NCBI RefSeq assembly: GCF_036365525.1
Contig: NC_090404.1
Coordinates: 33,780,236 to 33,844,235 of the forward strand
Length of the DNA stretch: 64,000 nucleotides
Direction of reading: 5' to 3'
DNA from: Heterodontus francisci
Lineage: Eukaryota
Shown here: positions 45,330 to 58,480 of the stretch, piece by piece
Layout: every line of letters starts with the position of its first letter
Position numbering within the stretch: position 1 is the first letter of the stretch
Position numbers and translations under genes: made by a program
The notes under the pieces: model-generated
The model's input: only the letters and a program-made list of their open reading frames with translations
Databases searched by the model: none
What the model was told of the DNA's origin: nothing

Positions 45330-46705
45330 TAGATTTGTAAAAGGCAGATCGTACTTTACTAATCTAATTGTATATTTTGATGAAGTAACTGAGAAGGTTA
45401 ATGAAGGGAAAGCAATGCATATTGTCCATATGGGGATTTTAAGAAAGCCTTTTATAAATTACCACATAAAAGGCTGGTTACCAAAACTAAGGCTCATGGA
45501 ATAGAAGGGTCAGTGTTAGCTTGAATCAAAAATTGCCTCAAGGACAGAAAAAATCGAGTTGTGGATGGTGGGCAGTGGTGTTCTCCAATGTTCAGTGCCA
45601 GCAGCACTGTTTTTTTATATACGTAAATGGCTTGGGTATTAGAATACAGAGTAAAGGTTTCTACATTTGCTGATGCTACAAAACGTGGAGGTGTGACAGA
45701 CAATGACATGATGACAATCAACTGCAACAGAACATCAATAGGCGAGCAGAATGGACAGACAAGTGGCAGATGGAATTTAATACAGAGATGTGATGTGATG
45801 CATTTTGGAAAAAAGGCATAGGAGAGGCAATATTACTAAATGGCACAGACTTCACTAGTGGGCAGTGACATGGGGGCACAGGTGTATCGATCTTTGAAGG
45901 TGGTAGGATGTATTGAGAGGGTGATTAGTAAAGCCAATGGGATTTAGAGTTTCATAAATAGAGACATTGAGGATAAAAGCATGGTGATTATGTTGAACTA
46001 TTATAAACATCTGGCTAGGCCACAACGAGAGAATTGTATCCAGTTCTGGTCACCACACTTTAGGAAGGATGTTCGAGTCCTTGAGAGGGTGCAGATGAGA
46101 TTTATCAGAATAGTTTCAGGGAAGAGGGCACTTAACGACAAGGTTAGGTTGTTGAAGTGGGAGGCGGTGGTGTACTGGTAATGTCATTGGACTAGTAGCC
46201 GGAGGCCCACTTTAATGCTCTGGGGTCATGAGTTCAATTCCCACCATGGCAAATGGTGAGATTTGATTTTAATTAATAAAAATATCTGGAATTAAAAAAA
46301 AAACTAGTCTAATGGTGACCATGAAACCATTGTCGATTGTTGCAAAAACCCATCTGGTTCACTAACGTCCTTTAGGGAAGGAAATCTGCCGTCCTTATCC
46401 GGTTTGGCCTACATGTGACTCTAGACCCACAGCAATGTGATTGACTCTTAAAATGCCCTCGAAATGGCCCAGCAAGCCACTCAGTTTCTCAAGGGCAAAT
46501 AGGGATGGGCAATAAATGTTGGTCGAGCCAGCGATGTCCACATCCCGTGAATGAATTTTTAAAAAAGCTGAAGTTGTGCTCATTGGAGCAAAGGAGATTG
46601 ATAGGAGATCTGACAGCAGAGGATAAGATTTTAATCGGTTTGGATAGTGCAGAAAGAGAAAGCTATTCCGATATCTGATGGCACAAGGAGTAGGGGACAC
46701 AGATG
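45330..46705 (+). mobile_element. Degenerate CR1 LINE fragment interrupted by a SINE
   Basis: KVSTFADATK (ORF 45627..45821) and CIQFWSPHFRKDV..LERVQ (ORF 45981..46181); resumes after 46565. Confidence 0.85.
46163..46565 (+). mobile_element. tRNA-derived SINE with LINE-derived tail
   Basis: A/B-box-like head (GGTGGTGTACTGGTAA...GAGTTCAATTCCCACC); tail AGGGATGGGCAATAAATG...CCACATCCCGTGAATGAA shared with the adjacent LINE at 46708-47490. Confidence 0.85.
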
Positions 46706-46707
46706 TT

Positions 46708-47490
46708 TTTTTACTTGTCTCATGGGATGTTGGCATTGCTGGCAAGGCCAGCATTTATTGACCATCCCTTATTTCCTTTGAGAGGTGATGGTGAGCCACA
46801 TTCTTGAATTTCTGCTGTTCATCTGTTGTAAGTACACCCACCGTGCTGTTAGGGAGGGATTTCCAGGATTTTGAACCAGTAACAGAGAAAGAACAGCGTA
46901 ATATTTCCAAGTCAGAATGGTGTGTGGCTTGGAGAGGAACTTGCAGGTGACGGTGCTCGCACACGTCTGCTGTCCTTGTCGTTCTAGTTTGTAGAGGTCG
47001 TGGGTTTGGAAGGTGCTGTCGAAGGAGACTTGGTGAGTTGCTGCAGTGCCTGTTGTATATAGTCCACACTGCTGTTACTGTACGTTGATGGTGGAGCGAG
47101 TAAATGTTGAAAGTGGTTGATGGGGTGCCGATCAAGCAGGCTGCTTCGTCCTGGATGGTGTTGAGCTTCCTGAGTGTTGTTGGAAATGCACGCATCCAAG
47201 CAAATGGAGATTATTCCATCACACTCCTGACTTGTGCCTTTTCGATATTGGACAGGCTTTGGGGAGTCAGGAGGTGGGTTACATGCCGCAGAATTCCCAG
47301 CCTCTGACCTTCTCTTGTAGCCACAGTATGTATGTGGCTGGTCTAGATCAGTTTGTGATCTATGGTAACCCCAGGATGTTGATACTGGAGGATTCAGCGA
47401 TGGTAATTCTGTTGGATATGAAGTAGAGATGGTTTGATTCTCTCGTATTGTAGATCGTCATTGCCTGGAATTTGTGTGTCATGAATATTA
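46708..47490 (-). mobile_element. LINE 3' fragment (partner family of the SINE above)
   Basis: ORF 46755..47195 (KLNTIQ..AACLI, SLHHQRTV, SWKSLPNS) and the same 3' tail as 20815-21470. Confidence 0.85.
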
Positions 47491-50400
47491 CTTACTATTC
47501 CTATTCAAAGGGAAAGGTTGCACCACAACAGGACTGGGACCTACATCCTCACGGGGAGATTCATTCGTGTCATTGGCGAGGGTTTAAACTGGATTGGCAG
47601 GGGAATGGGCACCAAAATAAAGCAACAGAAAAGAACACTAAGGTGCATATTGTGAGAGTGTTAGACAGTAGCAGGGAAGAGTATCGTTCTGTATTAGATG
47701 GGAGCAGAATGAAAAGTACGATGAAGAATGCAGTGACAGGATTACAATGCACAAAGTGTGGTGAATAAGGTTAGTGAGCTACAAGCATAAATAGCAGTAT
47801 TGGGGGTATGTTGTGGTGACAATAATGGAAAGATGACTGAAAATGCCGCTTAATATACAAGGATATCAAGTATAAGTGACTACCAGCTGCTGTCTTTTCC
47901 CATGTATAGTGATAAGATCTAATCTATTCATAGCCTGATGTATGTATCGGAGTGGGGTGGGGGATGGGGGTACCAAATCTTATATCCTCAATATCTGAAA
48001 CAACGTTATCTACCAGGTACTGAACCAACATGTCACAGGCCCTTCCCTTTGAGTTCACAAACAAATGGAGGCAGATTAGTCCATCCTGCCATGATGTTCA
48101 CTACGGTGTTGGACGCCCTCGAGTTGCTCCCTCCTTTCAGTCGTTTTGAGTACTGTCCTGGATGCAGGCAAGTGCTTCTGGGGATATTTACGGTGGGTGC
48201 CTCCCATGTTGCCACTGATACCAGGAGGATGTTCACCTTTACTGCTACCCACCGGGCTGCCATTGCTCTGGCGGTTTACCTGAAACAAAATAATTGAGAG
48301 ATCTTCTGCTGATCCTCCTGTTGGCAGAAAAAGAATGTCAGTCATGTAGTTTGACTTGAGCCCCTGGGAGTGGTGTCATCCTGTGCGGCATTCCTGGAAA
48401 ATAAAATATCAATCCCATCACTTTAAGAATTTTCTGTTCAGGATATACCTGTACCAAACCTCCGAGCTGACACACAGTGATGTTGTTTTCATATGTCGTC
48501 CAAGCAGAAACCACCAAGACAGTGTGTGTGGTTTTATTGTTTTCCTAGAATCTCTTTAAATTTCAGGTTAGAATGCCAACTCAAATTAATTTAATTTAAT
48601 TCATCATCTTCAATTCATTGTAGATATCTGATCAAATTCCTGAAGCTGTCAGCAATGCTGTTGCAATAGATTTTGAAAGTTGTATGGTCAGCTTAAACTG
48701 CTGGTGGAAAGGGTTAACTTCCTGCTGGTCTGAAAGTGGGTGGGGCGAATGTTCTGGGATGGACCAGTGATGATGTCACCAGCCCTTCACCTACGAAGAC
48801 AGAACAAACCATGAGCTATGGAATAGTCTAAGCTCATACTTTTCAGACAAATAAGACATTTCCCAATTACCAGTATCCGACATTAAACATTACCCTGTTC
48901 TCACATGCGTGAATTTATATCTGAATTAAAATTCCCACATTTATCAAAATACAGTCGGGATATGATTCTTGGCCAGAAATCTCAAATCGAATCTTGTAAC
49001 TTAAACATTTAGTTTGTTGACACCTTCCTTTTATCCAACTCATATTCCTCATTGTGACATCCTTCTTTTAAAAAAATGTGCTGACACCCCTTTTGCACAA
49101 GCACCCTTTCGGGAAGAAAGCATATTAAGACTTCCACACATACATTATCCACACAATTTGTGTAATACTCATACATCTTAACTTAAGATGTAAGAAATAA
49201 AAGAAAGGAAATAAATTGCATCAGTCGTCTTGGTCCTTCATTTAAATCTGCTAAACTTCAAACAGCGGCCTCTCACAGGCATGGGGGAAGGAAAGGGTGG
49301 TCGAGTTTTCAACCACAGGCAAAATCGAATTGACAGTTCCGAGTATCATTACCTATCGTGAACCCCGCACCCCCCCCCCCCACCCCCCACCTTAATGTAA
49401 ACCTTGTCTCACTCCCCTTCCCAAAACAAAGTGTGTACTTTAACAGCTTCTCATCAACTTATGGAGATATCAAAACTTTAGAACATCATGTAGACCAGGC
49501 CACTGAGGGTTAATAAACCATTAGTTTGATGACACAGGCAAAGCTAACACAGGCCGACAAGGAAATCACAGTACACTAATATAATGCACGAACAGAAACT
49601 TATGCACACACAAGTTTCCTTCCTTTTCATCTGTTCTGACAGCATTTTAATTTACTATGGTGCTTCCAATTTATCTTCTCCTAACCCTTCTCTGACTCCT
49701 GTCTATGTCTGCTCAAGACAGTTCTCTAAAATGATAAAACAACCCCAAATTATTTACTGCCCACCTTCTTAGATCATTTATCTTTCCTCATGACTGCTAT
49801 GCAACATGCACCCACTCTCTTGGCCTTATGTGCTCATGACAAAGTGCACAGTTGCCTTTTCCTTTGTGTCCTTCGTCTATTTGTTTGTTCTTTATCTTAG
49901 ATGACATTTTAGATTCTTAAAAGTAACTTTCTAAATGACACTAACATTTTGCATCTCAGAGTTATTCCAAAGTCAAATAACAGTGTTGCTTGGGTGACAA
50001 GTTTTTCTTCATTCCATTGATTTCTTACCTAAAATATTTCTCTCTATTCAGAGAAACTGACTAGAATGGTTTTTTATGTTGTTTTTTTGTTTAGTTTGTC
50101 TACATTTGATTTTCCCATTAAACTTCAAAACATCTCTATCAGGGAAGACAGTGTTTTAGATTAAACTCCAATTGTTTCCCAACTTTTAACATTTTGTAAG
50201 AGGCTCCTACCTCATGGAATTTTTAATGCAACAAAGATGATTCCAAATTCCAATTCACAGCACTAAACAATTTAAAGTCAAAACTGCCAATGTTATTTAT
50301 GAGCGAGCTTTATCTCTGGAAGGTCATTAATGAAATTCCAGTCTTCCCAACATAACAGGTCCATTAACCTTCATAATTACAATTTAATTCAAACCAATGC

Positions 50401-50642
50401 TCATTAACTACACATAAAATACGTGCTCTTTTAAAATTTCACATTCTTAAAACAAAAGATTTAACACCAGCTACCTAAACAAACTTTAAACAGACAGAAT
50501 CTTTCCCATATCTCCTTTGTTTATCCTTCTCTCCCTTAAACCAATATCCAGTTCCTGACATTTGTTACTTAAAAACAGTCACTAAGGCATGCCTTCAATT
50601 TAAATTGCAAAATAAAACAAGAACCTATTTTAAACTTTCGTC

Positions 50643-52030
50643 CATAGAGTCATACACTCATAGAGTTATACAGCACAGAATCAGGCTCTTCGGCCCATCG
50701 TGTCCGTGCTGGCCTTCAAGCGCTAAACTATTCTAATCCCATTTTCCAGCACTTGGCCCGTATCCTCGCATGCTATAGCGTTTCAAGTGCTCATCTAAAT
50801 ACCTCTTAAAGGTTGTGAGGATTCCTGCCTCTACCACCTCTTCAGGCAGTGCTTTCGAGATTCCAACCACCCTCTGGGTGAAAATTGTTTTCCTCAAATC
50901 CCCTCTAAACCTCCTGCCCCTTACTTTAAATCTATGCCCCCTGGTTATTGGCCCATCCACTAAGGGAAGAAGTTCCTTCCTATCTAACATATCAATGCCC
51001 CTCATAATTTTGTATCCCTCAATCCTGTCCCCCCTCAACCTTCTCTGCTCTCAGGAAAACAACCCTCACCTTTTCAGTCTCTCTTCATAGCTGAAATGCT
51101 CCAGCCCAGGCAACATCCTGGTGAACCTCCTCTGCACCCTCTCCAGTGCAATCACATCCTTTCTACAGTGTGGTGCCCAGAACTATACACAATACTCCAG
51201 CTGTGGCCTAAATAGTGTTTTATACAGCTCCATCATAACCTCCCTGCTTTTATATTTTATGCCTCGGCTGATAAAGGCAAGTATCCCATATGCCTTCCTA
51301 ACCATCTTATCTACCTGTGCTGCTGCCTTCAGTGATCTTTGGACAATTACGCCAAGTTCCCTCTGATCTTCTGTACTTCCGAGGGTCTTACCATCCATTG
51401 TATATTCCCTTGCCTTGTTAGTCCTCCCAAAATGCATCAGCTCACATTTCTCAGGGTTAAATTTCATTTGCCACTGCTCCACCCATCTTAGCAGCCCATC
51501 TATATCGTCCTGTAATCTAAGGCTTTCCTTCTCACTATTTACGACACCACCAATTTTCGTGTCATATGTGAACTTACTTATCATGCCTCCTGTATTCACG
51601 TCTAAATCATTAATGTACACTGCAAACAGTAAGGGTCACAGCAGTGGTCCCTGTGGTACACCACTAGTCACAGGCTTCCACTCGCAAAAACACCCTTCGA
51701 CCATTACCCTCTGCCTCCTGCCACTCAGTTAATTTTTGATCCACTTTGCGAAATTGCCCTGGATCCCATGGGTTGTTACATTCTTAACCAATCTCCCATG
51801 CGGACCTCATCAAAAGCCTTACTGAAGTCCATGTAGACTACATCAACTGCTTTACTCTCATCTACACATCTCGCCACCACCTCAAAAAAATCAATCAAGT
51901 TAGTTGGACACGATCTCCCCCTGACAAAGTCATACTGTCTAACCCTGATTAATCTCTACCTCTCCAAGTGGAGATTAATCCTGTCCCTCAGATTTTTGTT
52001 CCAATATTTTCTCAATCACTGATGTTAGAT
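50643..52030 (-). mobile_element. CR1 LINE RT/3' fragment
   Basis: ORFs 51183..51620 (YINDLD...KFTYDTKIGG...WQMKFNPEKC) and 50733..51038; tail CTCTATGA repeats. Confidence 0.93.
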
Positions 52031-53333
52031 CCAATTAAAATAGTGTTTTAAACTTCAAATTGGATATCTGCCAGACATCTTCAGACATTCAAAACTGAAG
52101 CTTATCTCTTAGAAAATTGTTCACTGCCTTTTCACAGTTGCAAAACCAACTTTTAATATAAAAATAAAAACTTTAATTTAAAATATAATTAAATTTTTAT
52201 ATCCCATTTCCGGGTGCACAGTCTTAACTTGAAACCAAACACACTCAACAATCACCTTCACACTATTCAATTCCAAAGAACTTAGAAAAATTGATTCCTG
52301 TAATGGGTTATGAATTCAAAGTACCAAAAATCTTCATTAAATTCCCAGTTCCCAGCCGATGGAACACACACATCAACTAGTTCACACCTAAAACATGACT
52401 CAAGGTTCCCACAAAATTATACATCTGCAATAATAAAACAAGAGAACAAGTAACAGACTTATACTTTCAACATTTAAGCTAGACAACAAAGAGTTAACGA
52501 CGTCAGCTCAACATCGCACAACTACACAGACATTGGAAGCTTCCAGCATTCATGCAGACTCGAACAAAGAAACAGTAACTTCTTTTTACTCACTTTTAAA
52601 TTTCACTAAAACATCCAGTTTAAATTGTCCCTCTTACCTCAGCCTGATACCGCTCACTTTTCCACCTCAGCTCTCACCTTCTAACACGTGTGACCTGTCT
52701 CTTTTCCTGAGTTATCCGAGCTAATTCAGACTTTCCAGACTGACACATGGTAAGATAGCACTTGCATAATATACTTATTCCCTTTTGTCTGTTCTTTCCA
52801 CCATTCTTTCCACTTATCAGGGTCCTCGAGGGATCCCAACCTTCCTGCTCATTTTTATCTGAAGTTCTCCTTGTTTTTGGCTGCCAGAAATTCGGTGAGT
52901 GACCCTTCAGGTTCCCACTCTGGATCCTTATTTGCCATGGCTGATGTTTTATAGTCTGACTATTGTTACTATTTGTGTGGGTATGGACCTCTCGCTCCCG
53001 TACGATCGTTCCGACGCGGGAAACAGACCTCTCATTTCCTCTCTGAAGGTTTTTACTTACTATTTTGTGTGGGTGCGGACACCTCACTACCCTTCACTTG
53101 GTTAACCCCGAGAACGCTATTCCTCCTCGTTTACCCAAGGTACCACGATCCTGGCGCTGCGCTGCCTTAGGTTACTCCACCCGTGGGCCTATCCTTTGGT
53201 TCGGATCCTCAAATTGGCCCGCTTGCCTCCTATCCCTAACGCCGACCTCCCTATCTAATGGGTGGTAAAGGAAATGTACTCACCCACTCTCTGAGGCCAA
53301 CATTCGACCGGGCACCATGACTGAGCCTTGGGG

Positions 53334-53351
53334 ATCCTGCCGACTGCGCCA
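53334..53351 (-). other. Primer-binding site, tRNA-Ser type
   Basis: TGGCGCAGTCGGCAGGAT, one mismatch to the complement of the vertebrate tRNA-Ser 3' end (...ATCCTGCCGACTACGCCA), 3 nt after the LTR end. Confidence 0.8.
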
Positions 53352-53354
53352 AAT

Positions 53355-53789
53355 TGTTGTGGAGAAAATAACATGTCTCAAGTCCACAGGATTAAAATAA
53401 ATAAAGGTTTATTCAAACACTGGAGTAAGGGAGAAGTGTCAGGTGAAACATCCAGAGGCTTCTCAATGAAACAGAGTCTGTAGTACAAATTTACAGAGTA
53501 CAATAACCATTACTCATTTGTCCACATACCGCCCCCACCCCCTGGCCCCAACACATTCCAAAGCTGCAGCTTGATCAATAAACTAAAGTATATTTTCTTA
53601 CTAATCATCCCCCGTTGCCTCCTCCCCATTCTTGAGGCTTGGTATTTCATTGTCTATAATATCCTGTGTCTCCTGCTTTGTATCAAGGACACTATCTTTA
53701 CACAGATGTAAAGGCAATTAGACTTCTAAGTTGTGCAGCTTTCCATGAACATTGCCACATATCCCATCATGCCCTGGTTCCCCACAACA
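53355..53789 (-). mobile_element. 5' LTR of an ERV-like/LTR element; non-coding internal sequence continues to lower coordinates
   Basis: Terminal inverted repeats TGTTGTGG...CCACAACA, minus-strand AATAAA (53408-13), PBS directly downstream, splice-donor-like GGGTGAGTAC in the leader (~53276-85). Confidence 0.75.
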
Positions 53790-54249
53790 ACGGTGCTTCC
53801 ATCTTCCTTCTAAGACTGTTAACGTATCATAATGCTAAATAATCTACTAATATTTTCCTACTGGTCCCACTTGGAGACCATTGTCTCCAATACCCCAGGT
53901 CTGACATAGTTTAGCCATTACACAATGAGTAGTAATATGTGGATATGTATTTTAAACGCTTACTATAGCTATTCTCCCCGGTGCACCAATACTTCCAGCA
54001 AGGGTCTGTAAAACTAAGGAATAATGTCTTCTCCCCACCCCTTTATATTCCAGCCCTGTTGAGAAATGGCCAACATTCTATTAACTAGTTTAAGTGTTTT
54101 CTCCACCTGTCTAATAACTTTTGTTTTAATTCTATGCTTGACTCCCAAATCTCTACAGTTCCTAATTTTCCATGCTTTCCAACATTCAGAGCAAATTTTC
54201 AGGCAATTACAAAACCATGCAAGAACTACTGAATGGCGAGCAAGAGGTC

Positions 54250-56340
54250 TTTAAATCGCCTAATATAGACTGGGATAGTAACAATATAACGGATGCAGAG
54301 GGCGAGGAATTTATGAAATGTGTGCAAGAGAACTTTCTTGATTACTGTATTTTCAACTCAACAAGGAAGAAGCAGCGTTGCAACTGATTCTTTGACAAGA
54401 AATGGGGCAAGTGGAGCATGCTTCAGTGGGAGAGCAGTAGTGGATCAGTGGTCACAATATCATAAGGCTTAGAATATTTATGGAAAAGGACAATGAATAA
54501 TAAAGTATAAAATACTTAACTGGAGGTGGGCTAATTTCAATGAATTGAAAAGCGGCCCTTTGTTGATCTGAATTAAAAGCGAGCAGGCAAAACAACAATT
54601 GAACAATGAGAGGCCTTCAAAGAGGAGATATATTCCATTTGGGAGAAAGGAAGTGGAAAAAAATTGGAGTCCTCTGGATGAACAAAGATATAGAGGTTAA
54701 AATGAGACAGAAAACGAGCACTTGTGTCAAATGTAATGTTCAAAGTAAGTGGAGAATGAAGCTGAATATAGAAATTACAGGGGAATCTAAAAAGGGGAGA
54801 AAGGCAGGCCACTATCATTAGCGATTAACATAAATGGGGACCCAAATGTCTTTTATAAACCCATACAGTCAAATGATAGTCAAAGGAATGGTGAGGCTGG
54901 TTAGAGAGGCAGAGGGCATGGTTAAGGTAATTAACGAATACTTTGCAATTGTCTTCAATAGAGAAGAAGCTGTCAATATATAAGGGAGGAGGCAGTAGTG
55001 ATGTTGGATAGGAAATAATAGATAAGGGGGATGTACTTAACATGATGACAATCCTCGAAGTATAAAAGTCACTCTATCCGGATGAGAATGCATCCTGGGA
55101 TGGAAATTGTGGAAGCTCTGGCCACAAACTTCCTACACGTTTGGATATTGCGGTAGTGCCAGAGGATTGGAGTGTTGCAAATGTTATACTCCTGTTTAAA
55201 GAAAGGGGAGAGGGATAAACTCAGCAACAACAGGCCCTTCAATGTAACATCGGTAGTGGAAAAACCTTTACAGACAATTATCCAGGACAAACCTAATTCA
55301 TATTTGAAAGTTATAGTCTAGTAAATTAAAGGCAGCAACGATCTGTTAAAGACAAATCGTGTTTCATTGACAGAATTGAGTTATTTGATGAAGTAACAGA
55401 GAGGTTGATGAGGGTACTGTGGTTCATTTTGTGTATATTTGCTTTCAAAAGATGTTTGACAAATTACCACATAAGAGATTTGTTAGCAAAATTGAAACTC
55501 CTGGATTAAAGAGATAGTGGCAGCATGGGTACAGATTTCGCTAAGTGGCAGAAAGCAGAGGGTATCGGTGAATGGCTGTTTTTTTATATATATACTGGAA
55601 GAAGGAATCGATATTAGGAACTATATATAGATATATATATATCACACACACATAATATAATATTTTGGGATTTCCAGGGTGTAATTTTGAAGATGAAATG
55701 AAACTTGGAATGCAGCAAACAATGAGTAGGATAATAGTGGAAATCAAAAGAACATAAACAGACTGGTGAAATTGGCAGAGACATGACAGATGAAATTTAA
55801 TGCAGAAGAGTATAAAGTGACACAAAGTGATAGAAAGAATGAGAGGTCATATGCAATTAATGGTACAATATTAAAAGGGAGAAGGTACAAAGAGACCTGG
55901 GGTTGTATTTACACAAATCTTTGAAGGTAGGCAGGACATGTTAAAAATGTTAAAATGTATATGTGGTCTTGGCTTTATTAATGGAAGAATAGAATAGAAG
56001 TCAAGGAAGTTGTGCAAATCATTTATAAATTACTGGTTAGGCCTCAGCTGGACTATTCTGTTCAATTGTGGTCACCACATTTTAGGAAGGATGTCAACGC
56101 CTTGTAGACAGTACAATACCATGCATGAGAGATTGCAGTAATGTTGAGGCATTGGAAACGTCGAATTGTTCTGTCTGCAGCAGAGAAGGTGAAGAGGCGA
56201 TTTGTTAGAGTGTTCAAAATCATGAAAGGTTTTGGTAGAGTAAATAAGAAGAAAGTGTTTCCAGTGGTAAAACGATCAGTAACCATGGGAAATATATCAG
56301 GTGATTGACAAAAGAACGAGAGGCGAAATGAGGAAACTAA
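54250..56340 (+). mobile_element. Heavily degenerate CR1 ORF2 remnant
   Basis: PNIDWD...FMKCVQENFL (ORF 54172..54387), then colinear decayed RT through CAATTGTGGTCACCACATTTTAGGAAGGATG. Confidence 0.8.
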
Positions 56341-56482
56341 TTTTCAATCTATGTCAAAAGGCTACTCCAATTCCATCTGCAGAACCTTCTCGAATGCTTA
56401 CGGGAAATCCATTCCGGTAATATCCATAGACATTTCCCTTATCAGCCTTATCAAAAAATATCAACTAGACTGGACATCAGCT

Positions 56483-56820
56483 GGGTGGCACAGTGGCGCA
56501 GTGGTTAGCACTGCAGCCTCACAGCTCCAGCGACCTGGGTTCTGATCTGGGTACTGCCTATGCGGAGTTTGCAAGTCCTCCCTGTAACCGCGTGGGACTT
56601 TTGCCAGGTGCTCCGGTTTCCTCCCACTTGCAGGTTGATAAGTAAATTGGCCATTGTAAATTGCTCCTAGTGCTGGTAAGTGGTAGGAGAATACTGGAGG
56701 TGGGATTGGGGATATGTGATTAATGTAGGATTAGTATAAATGGGTGGATGTTGGTAGGCACAGACTCGTGGGCTGAAGGACCTTTTTCAGTGCTGTATCT
56801 CTAAATAAAATAAAATAAAT
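56483..56820 (+). mobile_element. Full-length tRNA-derived V-SINE (HE1-like) with CR1-derived tail
   Basis: GGTGGCACAGTGGCGCAGTGGTTAGCAC head, V-domain, tail TGGGCTGAAGGACCT...TGCTGTATCTC(TAAAA)n. Confidence 0.88.
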
Positions 56821-57134
56821 TATTCAGACAAGACTTAACCTTGATAAAGCCAAGTTGGTTCCCTCTCTGATCAGCTGCTATTTGTTCAGGTATTCAGTCA
56901 TTCTGGCCCTGATAATAAATTGTTGCAGCTTCCACAAAAGTAACGGATATCTGACAGGCCTGTAGATTCTTAGTGGTAGAATTTTATAGCGGGTTGCAGC
57001 GCAATACGGGAGCTATCCCAGCCAGTCAATGGAACTGAATTTTAGGTGTTGCATGCAAGGAACAGCCATTCAAATCGCCCGTTTTGCACCACGGCTCGAG
57101 ATGAGTGAGTGAGTGAGTGAAAGACAGACGGACA

Positions 57135-57540
57135 GACTTGAATTTATAGAGAACCTTTCACCAACTCAGGACGCCTCAACAGCCAATGGAGAACTGTTGC
57201 AGTGTTGCAATGTTGGGAAAGTAGCAGACAGTTTGCATCCAGCGAGCTCCCACAGACAGCAATGCGATAATGACCAGGTTGTCTGCATTTTGTGATGAAT
57301 GAAGGACAAATATTGGCCAGGACACAGGGGATAACTTCCCTGCTGTACTTCTTAGAAATCATGTCCTGGGATCTTTCACATCCACCTGAAAGGACAGACA
57401 GGGCCTTGGTTTAATATTTCATCCAAATAAAGCACCTCCAACAGTGCAGCACTCCCTCAGTACTGCACTGGCGTGTCAGCCTAGATTTCTATGTTCAACT
57501 CTGGGTGATGAGAGTGCTACCAACTGAGGCTGACACCTTA
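57135..57540 (-). mobile_element. Deu-domain SINE (SacSINE1/AmnSINE1-like)
   Basis: Minus strand AATCTAGGCTGACACGCCAGTGCAGTACTGAGGGAGTGCTGCACTGTTGGAGGTGC...CAGGTGGATGTGAAAGATCCCAGG, the conserved Deu core. Confidence 0.8.
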
Positions 57541-57589
57541 ACACAGTGAAATTTGCAATTTTACTGTCCAACGGCGCAATTCCCAGATG

Positions 57590-58480
57590 ATGATAACTTT
57601 GAGAAGATGTATCTGACCCTCTGCAATGTTCTCAGCTACTTATTTTAATACACTGGGATGGAAAACTTCAGGTGTCGGAGATGTATTTATCTTAAGTTCC
57701 ATTATTTTCACAATTACCATCATTTGACCATTACTGAATGTAGTAAAGTGCTCACTTGATTTATTTTCGTTCCCTTCTCTCGCTGGTATTTTACCCTCTT
57801 CCTCTACGATGAAAACTGTCACAATGTACTTGTTTAATAAATAGTTCCTTACCTTCTTGTCTATTACAGAATCACCTGTGTCTGTCTTTAATTAGTCCAT
57901 ATCTCACTCAGCCACTCCCTTACACTTAACATATTTATAAAGACAAGCATTTTTATTTGCCTGTATAAAATTTGCAAGTGTTTTCGTATTTCCAACTTGC
58001 AGCTTTTAATATTTTCTTTGTGTCCTTGTGTTGTTTTCTATATTCCATCCAATTCTCCTGATTGCCATTTCTCTTGACATTTGTGTTCACAGCTTCCTTT
58101 ACTTTTATACTGTGTCTTAACTCATATGTCGACCATGGTTATTAGACAATGCAAGTGGAAGGTTGCTAATTCGCGGTATATATTGGTCTTTTATTGTTCT
58201 AAATATTTGTCTGAATGCTTCCCATTTTTTCTGTAGGTTTGCCCATTAAGAGCTCAGCCCTCCACATTCCTCTGATTTCAGACTGACTTAACGTTAAAGC
58301 CTTGGTTTATGCCGCATCTTTCTCCTGAAACTTAATATCAAAAGCTATCATATTGTGGTCACTAAAGCCATTTATAAGATTTCCAATGACCGTTTCTTAG
58401 TTAATTTTGGCTTGTTGTTCATCACTAAATCTAATATGGCTTGCGCCCTGTCCTCGACATTTCAGAGAACTGTTCTGGTT
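57590..58480 (-). mobile_element. Very degenerate CR1 ORF2 fragment
   Basis: Decayed linker region on the minus strand (LNKYIVTVFIVEEE, P.PEVFHPSVLK). Confidence 0.55.

Noticed and set aside
47938-48559. Overlapping 70-120 aa ORFs
   Set aside because: No recognisable domain or consistent exon structure; probably a decayed repeat.
31908-56820. tRNA genes at 31908, 46163 and 56483; tRNA-Ser fragment at 53334
   Set aside because: These are SINE heads and a retroelement PBS, not complete cloverleafs.
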